From: an uncultured Acidobacteriota bacterium
GTDB taxonomy: Bacteria > Acidobacteriota > Thermoanaerobaculia > Gp7-AA8
Reading direction: 5' to 3'
NCBI GenBank assembly: GCA_963741955.1
Contig: CAVUKB010000007.1
Coordinates: 576,001 to 640,000 of the forward strand
Length of the DNA stretch: 64,000 bases
Below the pieces are notes generated by a model, which made no database searches, was not told where the DNA came from, and worked only from the letters and a program-made list of their open reading frames with translations. Of the stretch, positions 30,266 through 39,920 are shown in pieces (the stretch's first letter is position 1; each line of letters begins with the position of its first letter). Both the position numbers and the translations under genes were made by a program.

Positions 30266-30922
30266 ATGAAGGACGTCATCGACGCGATTCTCCGCCGGCC
30301 GCAGGCCGAGTACCTCGATTCACTCCTCCCTCTGCGCGATCCACTCCTCGAAGAGATGGAGGCTTACGCGGAGGAGCACGGCCACCCGATCGCCGATCCC
30401 GAGGTCGCGCAGCTGATGCGCGTGATTCTGAAGATCAGACAGCCCCGTCATCTGATTGAAGTCGGAACCAACATCGGGTACTCGGTGGTGGTGATGGGGC
30501 GGGAGTGCGGAGCGGGTTCGGTCGTCGAGACGATCGAGCTGAGTCCGAAGATCCTCGGGAAGGCGAAGGAGTTCGTCGGCCGTGCGGGGCTCTCGTGTGA
30601 AGTCGTCTTCCATCAGGGTGCCGCGCTGGAGGTCATCCCGAAGCTCGACGGAACGTTCGATTTCGCATTCATCGACGCGGTGAAGACCGAGTACGACGCG
30701 TATCTGGAAGGATTGATTCCGCGGATGGCCGCCGGAGGAGTGCTGATGTTCGACAATCTTCTCTGGAAGGGCCAGGTTGCGGAAGGAGCGAAGAGCGAGG
30801 GCCAGCGTGCGTCCACCGCAGCGCTCGAGGAGCTGAACCGGAAGATCAGCTCCGACCCGCGTTTGCTGACGACGATCGTTCCGGTGGGTGACGGCGTGGG
30901 GATCTCGATCGTCCGCGGATGA
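30266..30922 (+). CDS. O-methyltransferase (Methyltransf_3, CCoAOMT/TrmR-like)
   Basis: EVGTNIGYS, FDFAFIDAVK, DNLLWKG, PVGDG. Confidence 0.88.
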   Translation: MKDVIDAILRRPQAEYLDSLLPLRDPLLEEMEAYAEEHGHPIADPEVAQLMRVILKIRQPRHLIEVGTNIGYSVVVMGRECGAGSVVETIELSPKILGKAKEFVGRAGLSCEVVFHQGAALEVIPKLDGTFDFAFIDAVKTEYDAYLEGLIPRMAAGGVLMFDNLLWKGQVAEGAKSEGQRASTAALEELNRKISSDPRLLTTIVPVGDGVGISIVRG

Positions 30923-31019
30923 GGAGAAGGAATGCCGGCAGATCGGGTTCGCAGAGCGGGTCCGGAGAGATGGTGATGCTCGAGCGACTTCTCATCCGAT
31001 CGGGGTATATTGCATTTGA

Positions 31020-31202
31020 ATGACGACGGCCGAAATGTTGAAAGAGACTGAGATGGAGAAAAGCTCGGGTCAATCGCTCCGTACCGTGAAACCGTCGGCG
31101 AAAATGGGTCGCATCAGACCTTCTGTTGCCCGGCAGACCCTGAAAAGCGTCATCCGTACGAACGCGAAATCCTCTCCGCGTTCTTCGCGAACGTCAAAGT
31201 AG
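31020..31202 (+). CDS. Possible small basic protein
   Basis: 60-aa ORF ending 7 bp before the next gene; no recognisable motif. Confidence 0.3.
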   Translation: MTTAEMLKETEMEKSSGQSLRTVKPSAKMGRIRPSVARQTLKSVIRTNAKSSPRSSRTSK

Positions 31203-31209
31203 AGACGCA

Positions 31210-31857
31210 GTGATGGCGAGGCGGTACGATGAAAACGTCTTCATCAACTGCCCTTTCGATGAAGATTACGAATCCCTCCTGCACGCGCTGGTCTTCACGG
31301 TTCACGATTGCGGGTTCATCGCTCGCTCCGCACTCGAGCTCGACGATTCCAGCGAAGTTCGGATCGACAAGATCTTTCGGATCATCTCCGAATGCCGGTA
31401 CGGTGTTTACGATCTCTCCCGGACTGAGCTCGACCCGGACTCGGGGCTGCCGCGATTCAACATGCCTCTCGAGCTCGGCCTCTTTCTCGGAGCCAAGAAG
31501 TTTGGAGGGGAAAAACAGGCGCTCAAACGCTGCCTGATCCTCGACCGGGAACCCTACAGATATCAGAGGTTCTGCTCCGATATCGCGGGCCAGGACCTCC
31601 GTGCGCACGGCGGTGTTGTCAGGAACGCGGTCGTCGCAGTTCGAAACTGGCTTTCTTCCTACGCGAGAGAGATGGGAAGCCTCGTTCCCAGCGGTGCTGT
31701 GATCTACCGCCGCTACGAGGCGTTTCTCGCGCAATTGCCGGCCTGGTGTGAAGAACTCGGGTACGAACCGGAGGAGCTCGTCTTCAACGACCGGACGACG
31801 CTCGTCGTGCAGTGGCTGCGCGAGAACAGCTTCGTCCCGATGCGCTCGATCAGCTGA
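31210..31857 (+). CDS. Nucleoside 2-deoxyribosyltransferase/TIR-like fold protein
   Basis: VFINCPFD, RIDKI, YDLS, RFNMPLELG (NxxxELG), SDIAG. Confidence 0.7.
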   Translation: MMARRYDENVFINCPFDEDYESLLHALVFTVHDCGFIARSALELDDSSEVRIDKIFRIISECRYGVYDLSRTELDPDSGLPRFNMPLELGLFLGAKKFGGEKQALKRCLILDREPYRYQRFCSDIAGQDLRAHGGVVRNAVVAVRNWLSSYAREMGSLVPSGAVIYRRYEAFLAQLPAWCEELGYEPEELVFNDRTTLVVQWLRENSFVPMRSIS

Positions 31858-31858
31858 T

Positions 31859-31917
31859 CCGAGCCCCGAGCCCCGAGCCCCGAGCCCCGAGCCCCGAGCC
31901 CCGAGCCTCGAGTCTCG
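31859..31917. repeat. Heptamer tandem repeat (CCGAGCC) about 7 copies, then degenerate
   Basis: Perfect 7-bp period directly after the stop codon. Confidence 0.9.
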
Positions 31918-31949
31918 AAAAAAAAGCCTCCCGTGCGGGAGGCCTTTTC
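31918..31949. terminator. Bidirectional rho-independent terminator
   Basis: A8-GCCTCCC-GTGC-GGGAGGC-CTTTT between convergent genes. Confidence 0.85.
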
Positions 31950-31973
31950 AATTTCGAGATGTGGTTCAGATGA

Positions 31974-33044
31974 CTATTTCGCAGCCGGCGCTTTCACCAC
32001 TCCGCGGACGGGGAGGGTGAAGGTCGGGTTGATCGAATCAGTGGTCTGGATTTTCACCGAGCCGTCGAGGTTGCCGGTTTTCGCCCCGTCCTTGACCCGG
32101 ATCAGAAGCTGGAACTGGCCGGGAGCGGCGCCGGGAATGACTTCCGCGGTGAAGGCGGAAGGATCACTCGATTCGGCTTTGGTCACCCGGAAATCGCCGG
32201 GGTTCTGGTTCTCGTTGGTCTGCAGGACGACGGTACGGACGGCAGCCGGATCTCCCGCGGTGACCTCACCGAAGTTGAGCGCCGTCGGCATGACGCTGTA
32301 GGTCGGGCGGACGATACCGTTGATGTTGATCGGAAGCTCGGGCTGATGCTTGGAGTTCGTCTTGATGATCACGCGGTCGGAGAGGATTCCGGGCTTCGCC
32401 TTGGTGCTGTCGATCGAGATGTTGACTGCGTACTGATTCTGTCCGTTGGCGCCGAACTCGACCCGGTCTTCCTTCTTCTCGATCTTCTGAGTGTTGACGG
32501 TGATGTAGTCCTTCGGATTCTCGATGCCGGTGATCTCGAACGCCTGCGGTTCCGCAGAGAAGACCTTCACAGTCTGAGTCTGCTTATCGCCCTGAGTGAG
32601 AGTAAAGCGGACGAACTGGGCCGGGAAGGCCTCGACGTACGGCTTGACGGTCGCCTTGAGCGTCAGCTGCGAGCTCGGCGTCTTGGGGTCGTTCGTCTGG
32701 ATGGTGATGCTCTTGGTGATCGGTCCGGTGAACGCCGTCGTGTCGACGTGGGCGGTGACTTTTCCGGTCGCACCCGGTTTGATCACTTTGTCGAAGTCGG
32801 CGACGGTGCAACCGCAGGATGGTGTCGCACTGAGGATCTGCAGATCGGATTTTCCGCTGTTCCGGATGAGGAACGAGTAGTCGATCTTGTCTCCCTTCGG
32901 AACGGTACCCACTTCATGGACCTGCTCCGGAATGGTGAGAACGGGTGCCGGCTTTGCAGCCTCATCGGCCGCAAACCCGGTGACGGCGAAAGCGACCGTC
33001 ATCACTGCTGCGACAGCCGACGTCAAAATGCGCTTCGAGACCAT
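31974..33044 (-). CDS. Exported DUF1573 / Ig-like domain protein
   Basis: Signal peptide, PSCGCT, IKPG..GK, repeated Ig-like modules. Confidence 0.85.
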   Translation of the reverse strand: MVSKRILTSAVAAVMTVAFAVTGFAADEAAKPAPVLTIPEQVHEVGTVPKGDKIDYSFLIRNSGKSDLQILSATPSCGCTVADFDKVIKPGATGKVTAHVDTTAFTGPITKSITIQTNDPKTPSSQLTLKATVKPYVEAFPAQFVRFTLTQGDKQTQTVKVFSAEPQAFEITGIENPKDYITVNTQKIEKKEDRVEFGANGQNQYAVNISIDSTKAKPGILSDRVIIKTNSKHQPELPININGIVRPTYSVMPTALNFGEVTAGDPAAVRTVVLQTNENQNPGDFRVTKAESSDPSAFTAEVIPGAAPGQFQLLIRVKDGAKTGNLDGSVKIQTTDSINPTFTLPVRGVVKAPAAK

Positions 33045-33251
33045 GAAAATCCTCCTGAAAGAAGCTCGAGAGATTCGATTCGGACCGACGGTACGAACAG
33101 GGGTGGATAGGGCGTCATTCCCCTCGATTCGTCCCGTAAGGCCTTACAATTCCGCAAGTTTGTACGCCGGGAGGTCGCTGGACCTTCGTTCCCGGCGCTG
33201 CTGTACGACGACGTCCGGCCGGCCCCGAGCCGCTCCGGCGGGAAGGAACCC

Positions 33252-34703
33252 ATGCCTCACGTTCATGAATCCACTGGCGCAAAGCGAATTTACCTGATCG
33301 GCATCTGTGGGACCGCGATGGCATCGCTCGCGGGAATGCTCCGGAAGAGCGGTTACGAGATCATTGGTTCGGACGAGCACGTCTATCCACCGATGTCGAC
33401 TTTTCTCGAGCAGCTCGGGATCGAGGTGCTCGTGGGATATACGAAAGAGCATCTCGAGAAGTTCCGCCCCGACCTGGTGGTGGTCGGCAACGCCGCGGCC
33501 CGCACCAATCCGGAAGCTGCAGCGGTGCTGGAGCTCGATCTTCCGTACACCTCGATGCCCGAGGCCATTCATCAGCTTTTCCTGCGAGGGAAGCATTCGA
33601 TCGTGGCGGCAGGGACACACGGGAAGACCACCACGACGTCGCTGATGGCCTGGGTCCTCGAAGCCGCAGGTCGCGATCCGAGCTTCATGGTCGGAGGCAT
33701 CCCGCTCAACTTCAATCAGAACTTCAAGCTCGGCGAAGGTGAAGAGTTCGTCCTGGAGGGCGACGAGTACAACACCGCGTTCTTCGACAAGGGTCCGAAG
33801 TTCGTCCACTACCATGCTTCGACGCTGATCCTGAACAACATCGAATTCGACCACGCGGACATCTACGACGGCCTCGACCAGATCATGAGCGCGTTTCGCT
33901 CGGGAGTGAGCGTCATGAAGAGCGGAGATCTGATCGTCGCGAATGGCGACGACGGAAACGTCGCGAAGCTGCGTGCCGACAGCCGGGCCGTCTGGCTCAC
34001 CTTCGGGTTCACTCCGGGCGTCGACCTTCGCGCGACGGATCTCGAGGAATCGGAGGGGGGGACGGCATTCACCGTGTTCCTCCACGCGAAGGAATGGTTT
34101 CGATTCCGGACCACCATGTCCGGGCGCCACAACGTCGCGAACGCCCTCGCAGTCGCGGCCGTCGGACGGAACCGCGGGCTCACGGCGGAGCAGATCCAGA
34201 AGGGATTCGAGACATTCGAAGGGGTGAAGCGCCGGATGGAAGTACGCGGGGTGGAGGATGGCGTCACGGTGATCGACGACTTCGCGCATCACCCCACCGC
34301 CGTCGAGACGACCCTCCGCGGCGCAAGGAAGAAGTATCCGGCGCGCCGCATCTGGGCTCTCTTCGAGCCGCGCTCGATCTCGTCCGCGAGGAAGGAGTTC
34401 GAGGCGGGGTACGAGCAGGCATTCAGGGAGGCGGACCAGGTGGTGATCGGTCCGGTCTTCCACCGCAACCGTTACGAGACCCGCTACGGACTCGAAAAGA
34501 TGATGTCGGTCGAGGCGATCATCGATTCTCTGCAGAAGAACGGGACGCCGGCCCGGCACGTCGATGACATCGACCGGATCGTGGCTCTGGTGGCGTCCGA
34601 AGCAAAAGGCGGCGCCGTGATCATCGCCATGTCTTCCGGCGCGTTCGGCGGAATCCATCAGAAGCTCCTCGATGCCCTGAAGTCGCGGGGAGAGAAGGAA
34701 TAG
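33252..34703 (+). CDS. mpl: UDP-MurNAc:tripeptide ligase (murein peptide ligase)
   Basis: IGICGTAM, YPPMST, AGTHGKTTT, EGDEY..AFFDK, DDFAHHPT, FEPRS. Confidence 0.92.
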   Translation: MPHVHESTGAKRIYLIGICGTAMASLAGMLRKSGYEIIGSDEHVYPPMSTFLEQLGIEVLVGYTKEHLEKFRPDLVVVGNAAARTNPEAAAVLELDLPYTSMPEAIHQLFLRGKHSIVAAGTHGKTTTTSLMAWVLEAAGRDPSFMVGGIPLNFNQNFKLGEGEEFVLEGDEYNTAFFDKGPKFVHYHASTLILNNIEFDHADIYDGLDQIMSAFRSGVSVMKSGDLIVANGDDGNVAKLRADSRAVWLTFGFTPGVDLRATDLEESEGGTAFTVFLHAKEWFRFRTTMSGRHNVANALAVAAVGRNRGLTAEQIQKGFETFEGVKRRMEVRGVEDGVTVIDDFAHHPTAVETTLRGARKKYPARRIWALFEPRSISSARKEFEAGYEQAFREADQVVIGPVFHRNRYETRYGLEKMMSVEAIIDSLQKNGTPARHVDDIDRIVALVASEAKGGAVIIAMSSGAFGGIHQKLLDALKSRGEKE

Positions 34704-34777
34704 AAGGGGCCGCCGGGGAGTTCTTTGCCGGGTCGAGCAGGAGCAGGCGTAATCGACCCGAAAGCAGGAGCTGAGTG

Positions 34778-34936
34778 ATGCCGGAAAAACAGGCGCTGGA
34801 GATTCTCGAGAAGCACAACATCGACCCGACCGATGTGAAGAACAAGAAGGTGAGCCTTCACCATCTTCGCCACATCGTCCGCAGCGACGAACTTCCTTAC
34901 CCGGTCTTCCGGGAGCTCGTTCGGATGCGCAGATAA
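34778..34936 (+). CDS. Small hypothetical protein (52 aa), below the ORF-track cutoff
   Basis: SD AGGAG, ATG 34778, MPEKQALEILEKHNIDPTDVKNKKVSLHHLRHIVRSDELPYPVFRELVRMRR, followed by terminator. Confidence 0.6.
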   Translation: MPEKQALEILEKHNIDPTDVKNKKVSLHHLRHIVRSDELPYPVFRELVRMRR

Positions 34937-34963
34937 ACATTCGCGACGCGTGAAGTTCGAAAG

Positions 34964-34988
34964 GGCGGCTCGAAGAAGCCGCCTTTTT
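34964..34988 (+). terminator. Rho-independent terminator
   Basis: GGCGGCT-CGAAGA-AGCCGCC-TTTTT. Confidence 0.8.
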
Positions 34989-35029
34989 CGTCTTTGTTCG
35001 CCAGCCGGTGGTGCGAGGCTCCCTCCCGT

Positions 35030-37239
35030 GCGGCTCGTGCGCGAGCGCAGCATCACGCATGTTCCCGACAGAGGCGGAGCACCGAGGGGCGCGGATCCTC
35101 TGATCCGCCGCGCGGATCGGGTTCAGAGCGGATCGAGACGGTTCATGCGGCAGAGGCGAAGCCCGCACCGACGCTCCGCGCTCGAGCAGATGCACGCTCT
35201 TCGTGGTGTTGAACGCGATCCTCGAGGCAGATCGGAGGATCTGCACCCCATGGAAGAACCGCGGCCGAGGGCGCGGATCCCGCGCGAGCGCAGCATCACG
35301 CATGTTCCCGACAGAGGCGGAGCACCGAGGGGCGCGAATCCTCTGATCCGCCGCGCAGATCGGGTTCAGAGCGGATCGAGAGGAGGTCTGCGGCAGAGGC
35401 GAAGCCCGCACCGACGCTCCGCGCTCGAGCAACTGCACGCTCTTCGTGGCATAGAACGCGATCCTCGTGGCAGATCGGAGGATCTGCACCCCATCGAAGA
35501 GCCGCGGCCGAGGGCGCGGATCCCGCGCGGCTCGTGCGCGAGCGCAGATCACGCATGTTCCCGACAGAAGCGGAGCACCGAGGGGCGCGAATCCTCTGAT
35601 CCGCCGCGCGTCTCGGGTTCAGAGCGGATCGAGACGGTTCATGCGGCAGAGGCGGAGCCCGCACCGACGCTCCGCGCTCGAGCAACTGCACGCTCTTCGT
35701 GGCATAGAACGCGATCCTCGTGGCAGATCGGAGGATCTGCACCCCATGGAAGAACCGCGGCCGAGGGCGCGGATCCCGCGCGAGCGCAGCATCACCCGTG
35801 TTCCCGACAGAAGCGGAGCACCGAGGGGCGCGAATCCTCTGATCCGCCGCGCAGATCGGGTTCAGAGCGGATCGAGAGGAGGTCTGCGGCAGAGGCGAAG
35901 CCCGCACCGACGCTCCGCGCTCGAGCAACTGCACGCTCTTCGTGGCATAGAACGCGATCCTCGTGGCAGATCGGAGGATCTGCACCCCATCGAAGAGCCG
36001 CGGCCGAGGGCGCGGATCCCGCGCGGCTCGTGCGCGAGCGCAGATCACGCATGTTCCCGACAGAAGCGGAGCACCGAGGGGCGCGAATCCTCTGATCCGC
36101 CGCGCGTCTCGGGTTCAGAGCGGATCGAGACGGTTCATGCGGCAGAGGCGGAGCCCGCACCGACGCTCCGCGCTCGAGCAACTGCACGCTCTTCGTGGCA
36201 TAGAACGCGATCCTCGTGGCAGATCGGAGGATCTGCACCCCATGGAAGAACCGCGGCCGAGGGCGCGGATCCCGCGCGAGCGCAGCATCACGCATGTTCC
36301 CGACAGAGGCGGAGCACCGAGGGGCGCGGATCCTCTGATCCGCCGCGCAGATCGGGTTCAGAGCGGATCGAGACGGTTCATGCGGCAGAGGCGAAGCCCG
36401 CACCGACGCTCCGCGCTCGAGCAACTGCACGCTCTTCGTGGCATAGAACGCGATCCTCGTGGCAGATCGGAGGATCTGCACCCCATGGAAGAACCGCGGC
36501 CGAGGGCGCGGATCCCGCGCGAGCGCAGATCACGCATGTTCCCGACAGAAGCGGAGCACCGAGGGGCGCGGATCCTCTGATCCGCCGCGCGTCTCGGGTT
36601 CAGAGCGGATCGAGACGGTTCATGCGGCAGAGGCGAAGCCCGCACCGACGCTCCGCGCTCGAGCAACTGCACGCTCTTCGTGGCATAGAACGCGATCCTC
36701 GTGGCAGATCGGAGGATCTGCACCCCATGGAAGAACCGCGGCCGAGGGCGCGGATCCCGCGCGAGCGCAGCATCACCCGTGTTCCCGACAGAAGCGGAGC
36801 ACCGAGGGGCGCGGATCCTCTGATCCGCCGCGCGTCTCGGGTTCAGAGCGGATCGAGACGGTTCATGCGGCAGAGGCGGAGCCCGCACCGACGCTCCGCG
36901 CTCGAGCAGATGCACGCTCTTCGTGGCATAGAACGCGGTCCTCGTGGCAGATCGGAGGATCTGCACCCCATGGAAGAACCGCGGCCGAGGGCGCGGATCC
37001 CGCGCGAGCGCAGCATCACCCGTGTTCCCGACAGAAGCGGAGCACCGAGGGGCGCGGATCCTCTGATCCGCCGCGCAGATCGGGTTCAGAGCGGATCGAG
37101 ACGGTTCATGCGGCAGAGGCGAAGCCCGCACCGACGCTCCGCGCTCGAGCAACTGCACGCTCTTCGTGGCATAGAACGCGATCCTCGTGGCAGATCGGAG
37201 GATCTGCACCCCATGGAAGAACCGCGGCCGAGGGCGCGG
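35030..37239. repeat. Tandem array of nine 242-253 bp palindromic (REPIN/BIME-like) units
   Basis: Anchor GTTCCCGACAGA at 35061, 35304, 35557, 35800, 36053, 36296, 36538, 36781, 37024. Confidence 0.97.
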
Positions 37240-37334
37240 GAGAGCGGTTCGCTTCGCTCCGTCCGTGCCACGACGATGCTCTCATCGGATTTCCGGGTTA
37301 AACTCTTTGGCCCATTCCGGAGGAGGTTTTCATT

Positions 37335-39419
37335 TTGGGTTTTGCTGCCGAATCGAAAAAGCTGATCGACCAGAATTCATTCGACTCCGTCGAAGCGCTC
37401 TGGATGGAGCGGATGGAGAAGGAGCCGCGGGATGTCGGGGAGTTTCTCGAGACCGCGAAGATGCTGCGAAAAGCGGGTGAGCGCGATCTCGCCGATGCAC
37501 TGCTCGATCTTCTGGGTGAAGCCCTTTACGAACGGAAGGCCTGGCCGGAGCGACTCGAGGTCCTCAAGGAGATCGGCCGCCTGACCAGGAAGCCGGACAA
37601 GCTCCGTCCGGCGCTCGAAGAAGCGCTCACCCACACCCTCGGCTCCCGGCCGAGTTTCGACCGGGTCATGGAGCATGCGAAGTTCTCCGAACCGGGATCG
37701 AATCCGGTCGAGAGGGCCGAAAAAGTGGAGACGTGGCTTTCCCTCGACGAGGGGGAGATCTTTTACATGAGCGGCCGTGGCATCGGAGTGGTGACGGACC
37801 TGAATCCCGATCTCGGCGTCTGCAGGCTCGATTTCGAGAACGAGAAACGCGTTTCCGTCCCCCTCGGCGCAGCCAGTCGTTTTCTCACTCCCATCCCTTC
37901 CGATCACGTCCTCCACGGAAAGATCGACGATGCCGACCGTCTTCGCGGGGAAGCGCTCGCCGCGCCTGCCGAGTTCTTCGGTGCGATTCTCCGCAGCTTC
38001 GGGCGTCCAATGCAGGCGAGCGAGGTGAAGGATGCGATGATCGGCATTCTTCCTTCCGGGAAATGGAGCAGCTGGTGGAACGCGGCTCGGAAGCATCCGC
38101 AGATCGTGGTCACCGGCAGCGGCTCGAAGGCGACGTACAGTTGGAGCGAGAGCACCGGAGAGGCGGAACAGTCGATCCGTGAGGAGTTCGAGAGAGCGGC
38201 GCCGCGGGAGCGGCTGGATCTCGCGAGACGGCACAGCGGCCGGAGTGTCGAGCTCTCCGACGAGTTCGCCCGCACCCTCGCCGCGGACGCCGACCGGATC
38301 GCGGCATCGGATCCTGCGCTCGCATGGGAGATCCTGGCCACTCTGGAGAAGCTTCCCGGTGATTACCGGGCGGAGACCGATCCGGGATCGCTCCTCCAGG
38401 GACCGGCTGCCGCGAGAGTCGTGACTTCGATTCCCGACCGGTTGCTGCGCGAACGTGCGCTGCAGACGGTGCGGGACGAGCATCCGGAATGGCTGAAGCT
38501 GTTCAGCGAGATCTTCTTCGCCGAAGAGGACCCGCGGGTGGTCAGCGTTCTGGTGTCGATGCTCGAGCAGGCAGGGCACTTCGACGTCCGGGACCGGTTG
38601 ATCGACGAAACGCTCCGCTATCCGCGCCGCCACCCGCGTGCATTCTTCTGGTACGTGAAGTCTCTGCACGACTCGGCCGAGGAACTGCCGGATCGTGCGA
38701 ACTACACGATGCTGCAGCACATCCTCGAGGCTCTCTCGATGGACCAGTTCTCGGCGTATCGCTCGCGGATGCGCGAGTTTTTCGACAAGGGCGGCCTGGC
38801 GGTACGGATCGTGATGCAGACCGATGACGAAGAATCGGCGAGAAAACTGTTCGAGACGATGGAGCGTTACGGAGCACTCGAAGAGTACCGCCGGGAGAAC
38901 ATGAAGGGGGCCATCCTCCTGAAGTTTCCGAAGCTGCGCGAGCCGGTGGTGGAACTGGTCTACGCGACCGCGGAATCGCTCCAGGAGAAGCGGAAGGAGT
39001 TCGACCGCTTGAAGAACGTCGAGATTCCGGCGACCCTCAAGGCGATCCAGGTGGCCCGCGAAATGGGAGATCTTCGAGAGAACTTCGAGTACAAGGCGGC
39101 ACGCCAGCGGCAGGAGTATCTCGCGGCCCGGGTTTCCGAGCTGCAGTCGGAGCTGAGCCGGGTCCGGGTTCTCGATCCGGCGGAGATCGACACGTCCGAA
39201 GTGCGGGTCGGGACGACCACGGCACTCAGGAACGGCGACATACGCCGTGATGTCACGATCCTCGGCCCGTGGGAATCAGATCCGGAACGGGGGATCTATT
39301 CGAACCAGTCCGAAGTGGCGAAGGCGATGGTCGGAAGACACATCGGAGAGATCGTCTCGTTCATGGGAAACGATTACCTGATCGAAGGAATCGCCCGATG
39401 GACCGAGCGGCAGGCATAG
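37335..39419 (+). CDS. greA: GreA/GreB-family elongation factor with large N-terminal extension
   Basis: C-terminal AREMGDLRENFEYKAAR and TILGPWESD; TTG start with SD GGAGGAGG. Confidence 0.85.
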   Translation: MGFAAESKKLIDQNSFDSVEALWMERMEKEPRDVGEFLETAKMLRKAGERDLADALLDLLGEALYERKAWPERLEVLKEIGRLTRKPDKLRPALEEALTHTLGSRPSFDRVMEHAKFSEPGSNPVERAEKVETWLSLDEGEIFYMSGRGIGVVTDLNPDLGVCRLDFENEKRVSVPLGAASRFLTPIPSDHVLHGKIDDADRLRGEALAAPAEFFGAILRSFGRPMQASEVKDAMIGILPSGKWSSWWNAARKHPQIVVTGSGSKATYSWSESTGEAEQSIREEFERAAPRERLDLARRHSGRSVELSDEFARTLAADADRIAASDPALAWEILATLEKLPGDYRAETDPGSLLQGPAAARVVTSIPDRLLRERALQTVRDEHPEWLKLFSEIFFAEEDPRVVSVLVSMLEQAGHFDVRDRLIDETLRYPRRHPRAFFWYVKSLHDSAEELPDRANYTMLQHILEALSMDQFSAYRSRMREFFDKGGLAVRIVMQTDDEESARKLFETMERYGALEEYRRENMKGAILLKFPKLREPVVELVYATAESLQEKRKEFDRLKNVEIPATLKAIQVAREMGDLRENFEYKAARQRQEYLAARVSELQSELSRVRVLDPAEIDTSEVRVGTTTALRNGDIRRDVTILGPWESDPERGIYSNQSEVAKAMVGRHIGEIVSFMGNDYLIEGIARWTERQA

Positions 39420-39510
39420 TCCCGCCGAGTGAGAGTTAGAATACGCTCAGCGGAGGAGACGGATCGCCCGGGGCAGGACGTGGCGGGATCCGTTGGAGGA
39501 GGAGAATCGA

Positions 39511-39777
39511 ATGACGTACGTCATTGCCGAACCGTGCATCAATACGAAGGACACCGCATGTGTCGATGTCTGCCCGGTCGATTGCATCCACCCCCGGAAA
39601 GACGAGCCGAACTTCGAGAAGGAGGATCTGCTGTACATCGATCCGGAGGTCTGCATCGACTGCGGAGCCTGTGAGCCGGCATGTCCGGTTCAGGCGATCT
39701 TCCCGGAAGACCTGGTCCCCGAGAAGTGGGCGGAATACACGAAGATCAATGCCGACTGGTACAAGAATCAGACCTGA
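39511..39777 (+). CDS. Dicluster (7Fe-type) ferredoxin
   Basis: C-x7-C-x3-CPVDC and CIDCGACEPACP; strong SD. Confidence 0.92.
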   Translation: MTYVIAEPCINTKDTACVDVCPVDCIHPRKDEPNFEKEDLLYIDPEVCIDCGACEPACPVQAIFPEDLVPEKWAEYTKINADWYKNQT

Positions 39778-39801
39778 CCCTTTCGGGTCGTGCCGTCGTC
39801 G

Positions 39802-39831
39802 AGGGACCCTTCCGGGTCCTTTTTCGTTTTT
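39802..39831 (+). terminator. Rho-independent terminator
   Basis: GGACCC-TTCC-GGGTCC-TTTTT. Confidence 0.75.
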
Positions 39832-39920
39832 CGGGCCCGATGTGGCGTACCGGCGTCGCATCTGATATCAGATAGCGGCGCGCGGGTTGCTCGGACGCCT
39901 GCCGCAGAAGGAGACAATTC

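Noticed and set aside
35030-37239. Array as CRISPR
   Set aside because: No unique spacers, unit far too long, no cas genes in the window
33144-37365. Long ORFs across the repeat array (802, 632, 381 aa and others)
   Set aside because: By-products of a GC-rich 243-bp (81-codon) unit; the 242- and 253-bp units shift the frame, the products are Arg/Ala/Pro-rich, and one overlaps mpl antisense
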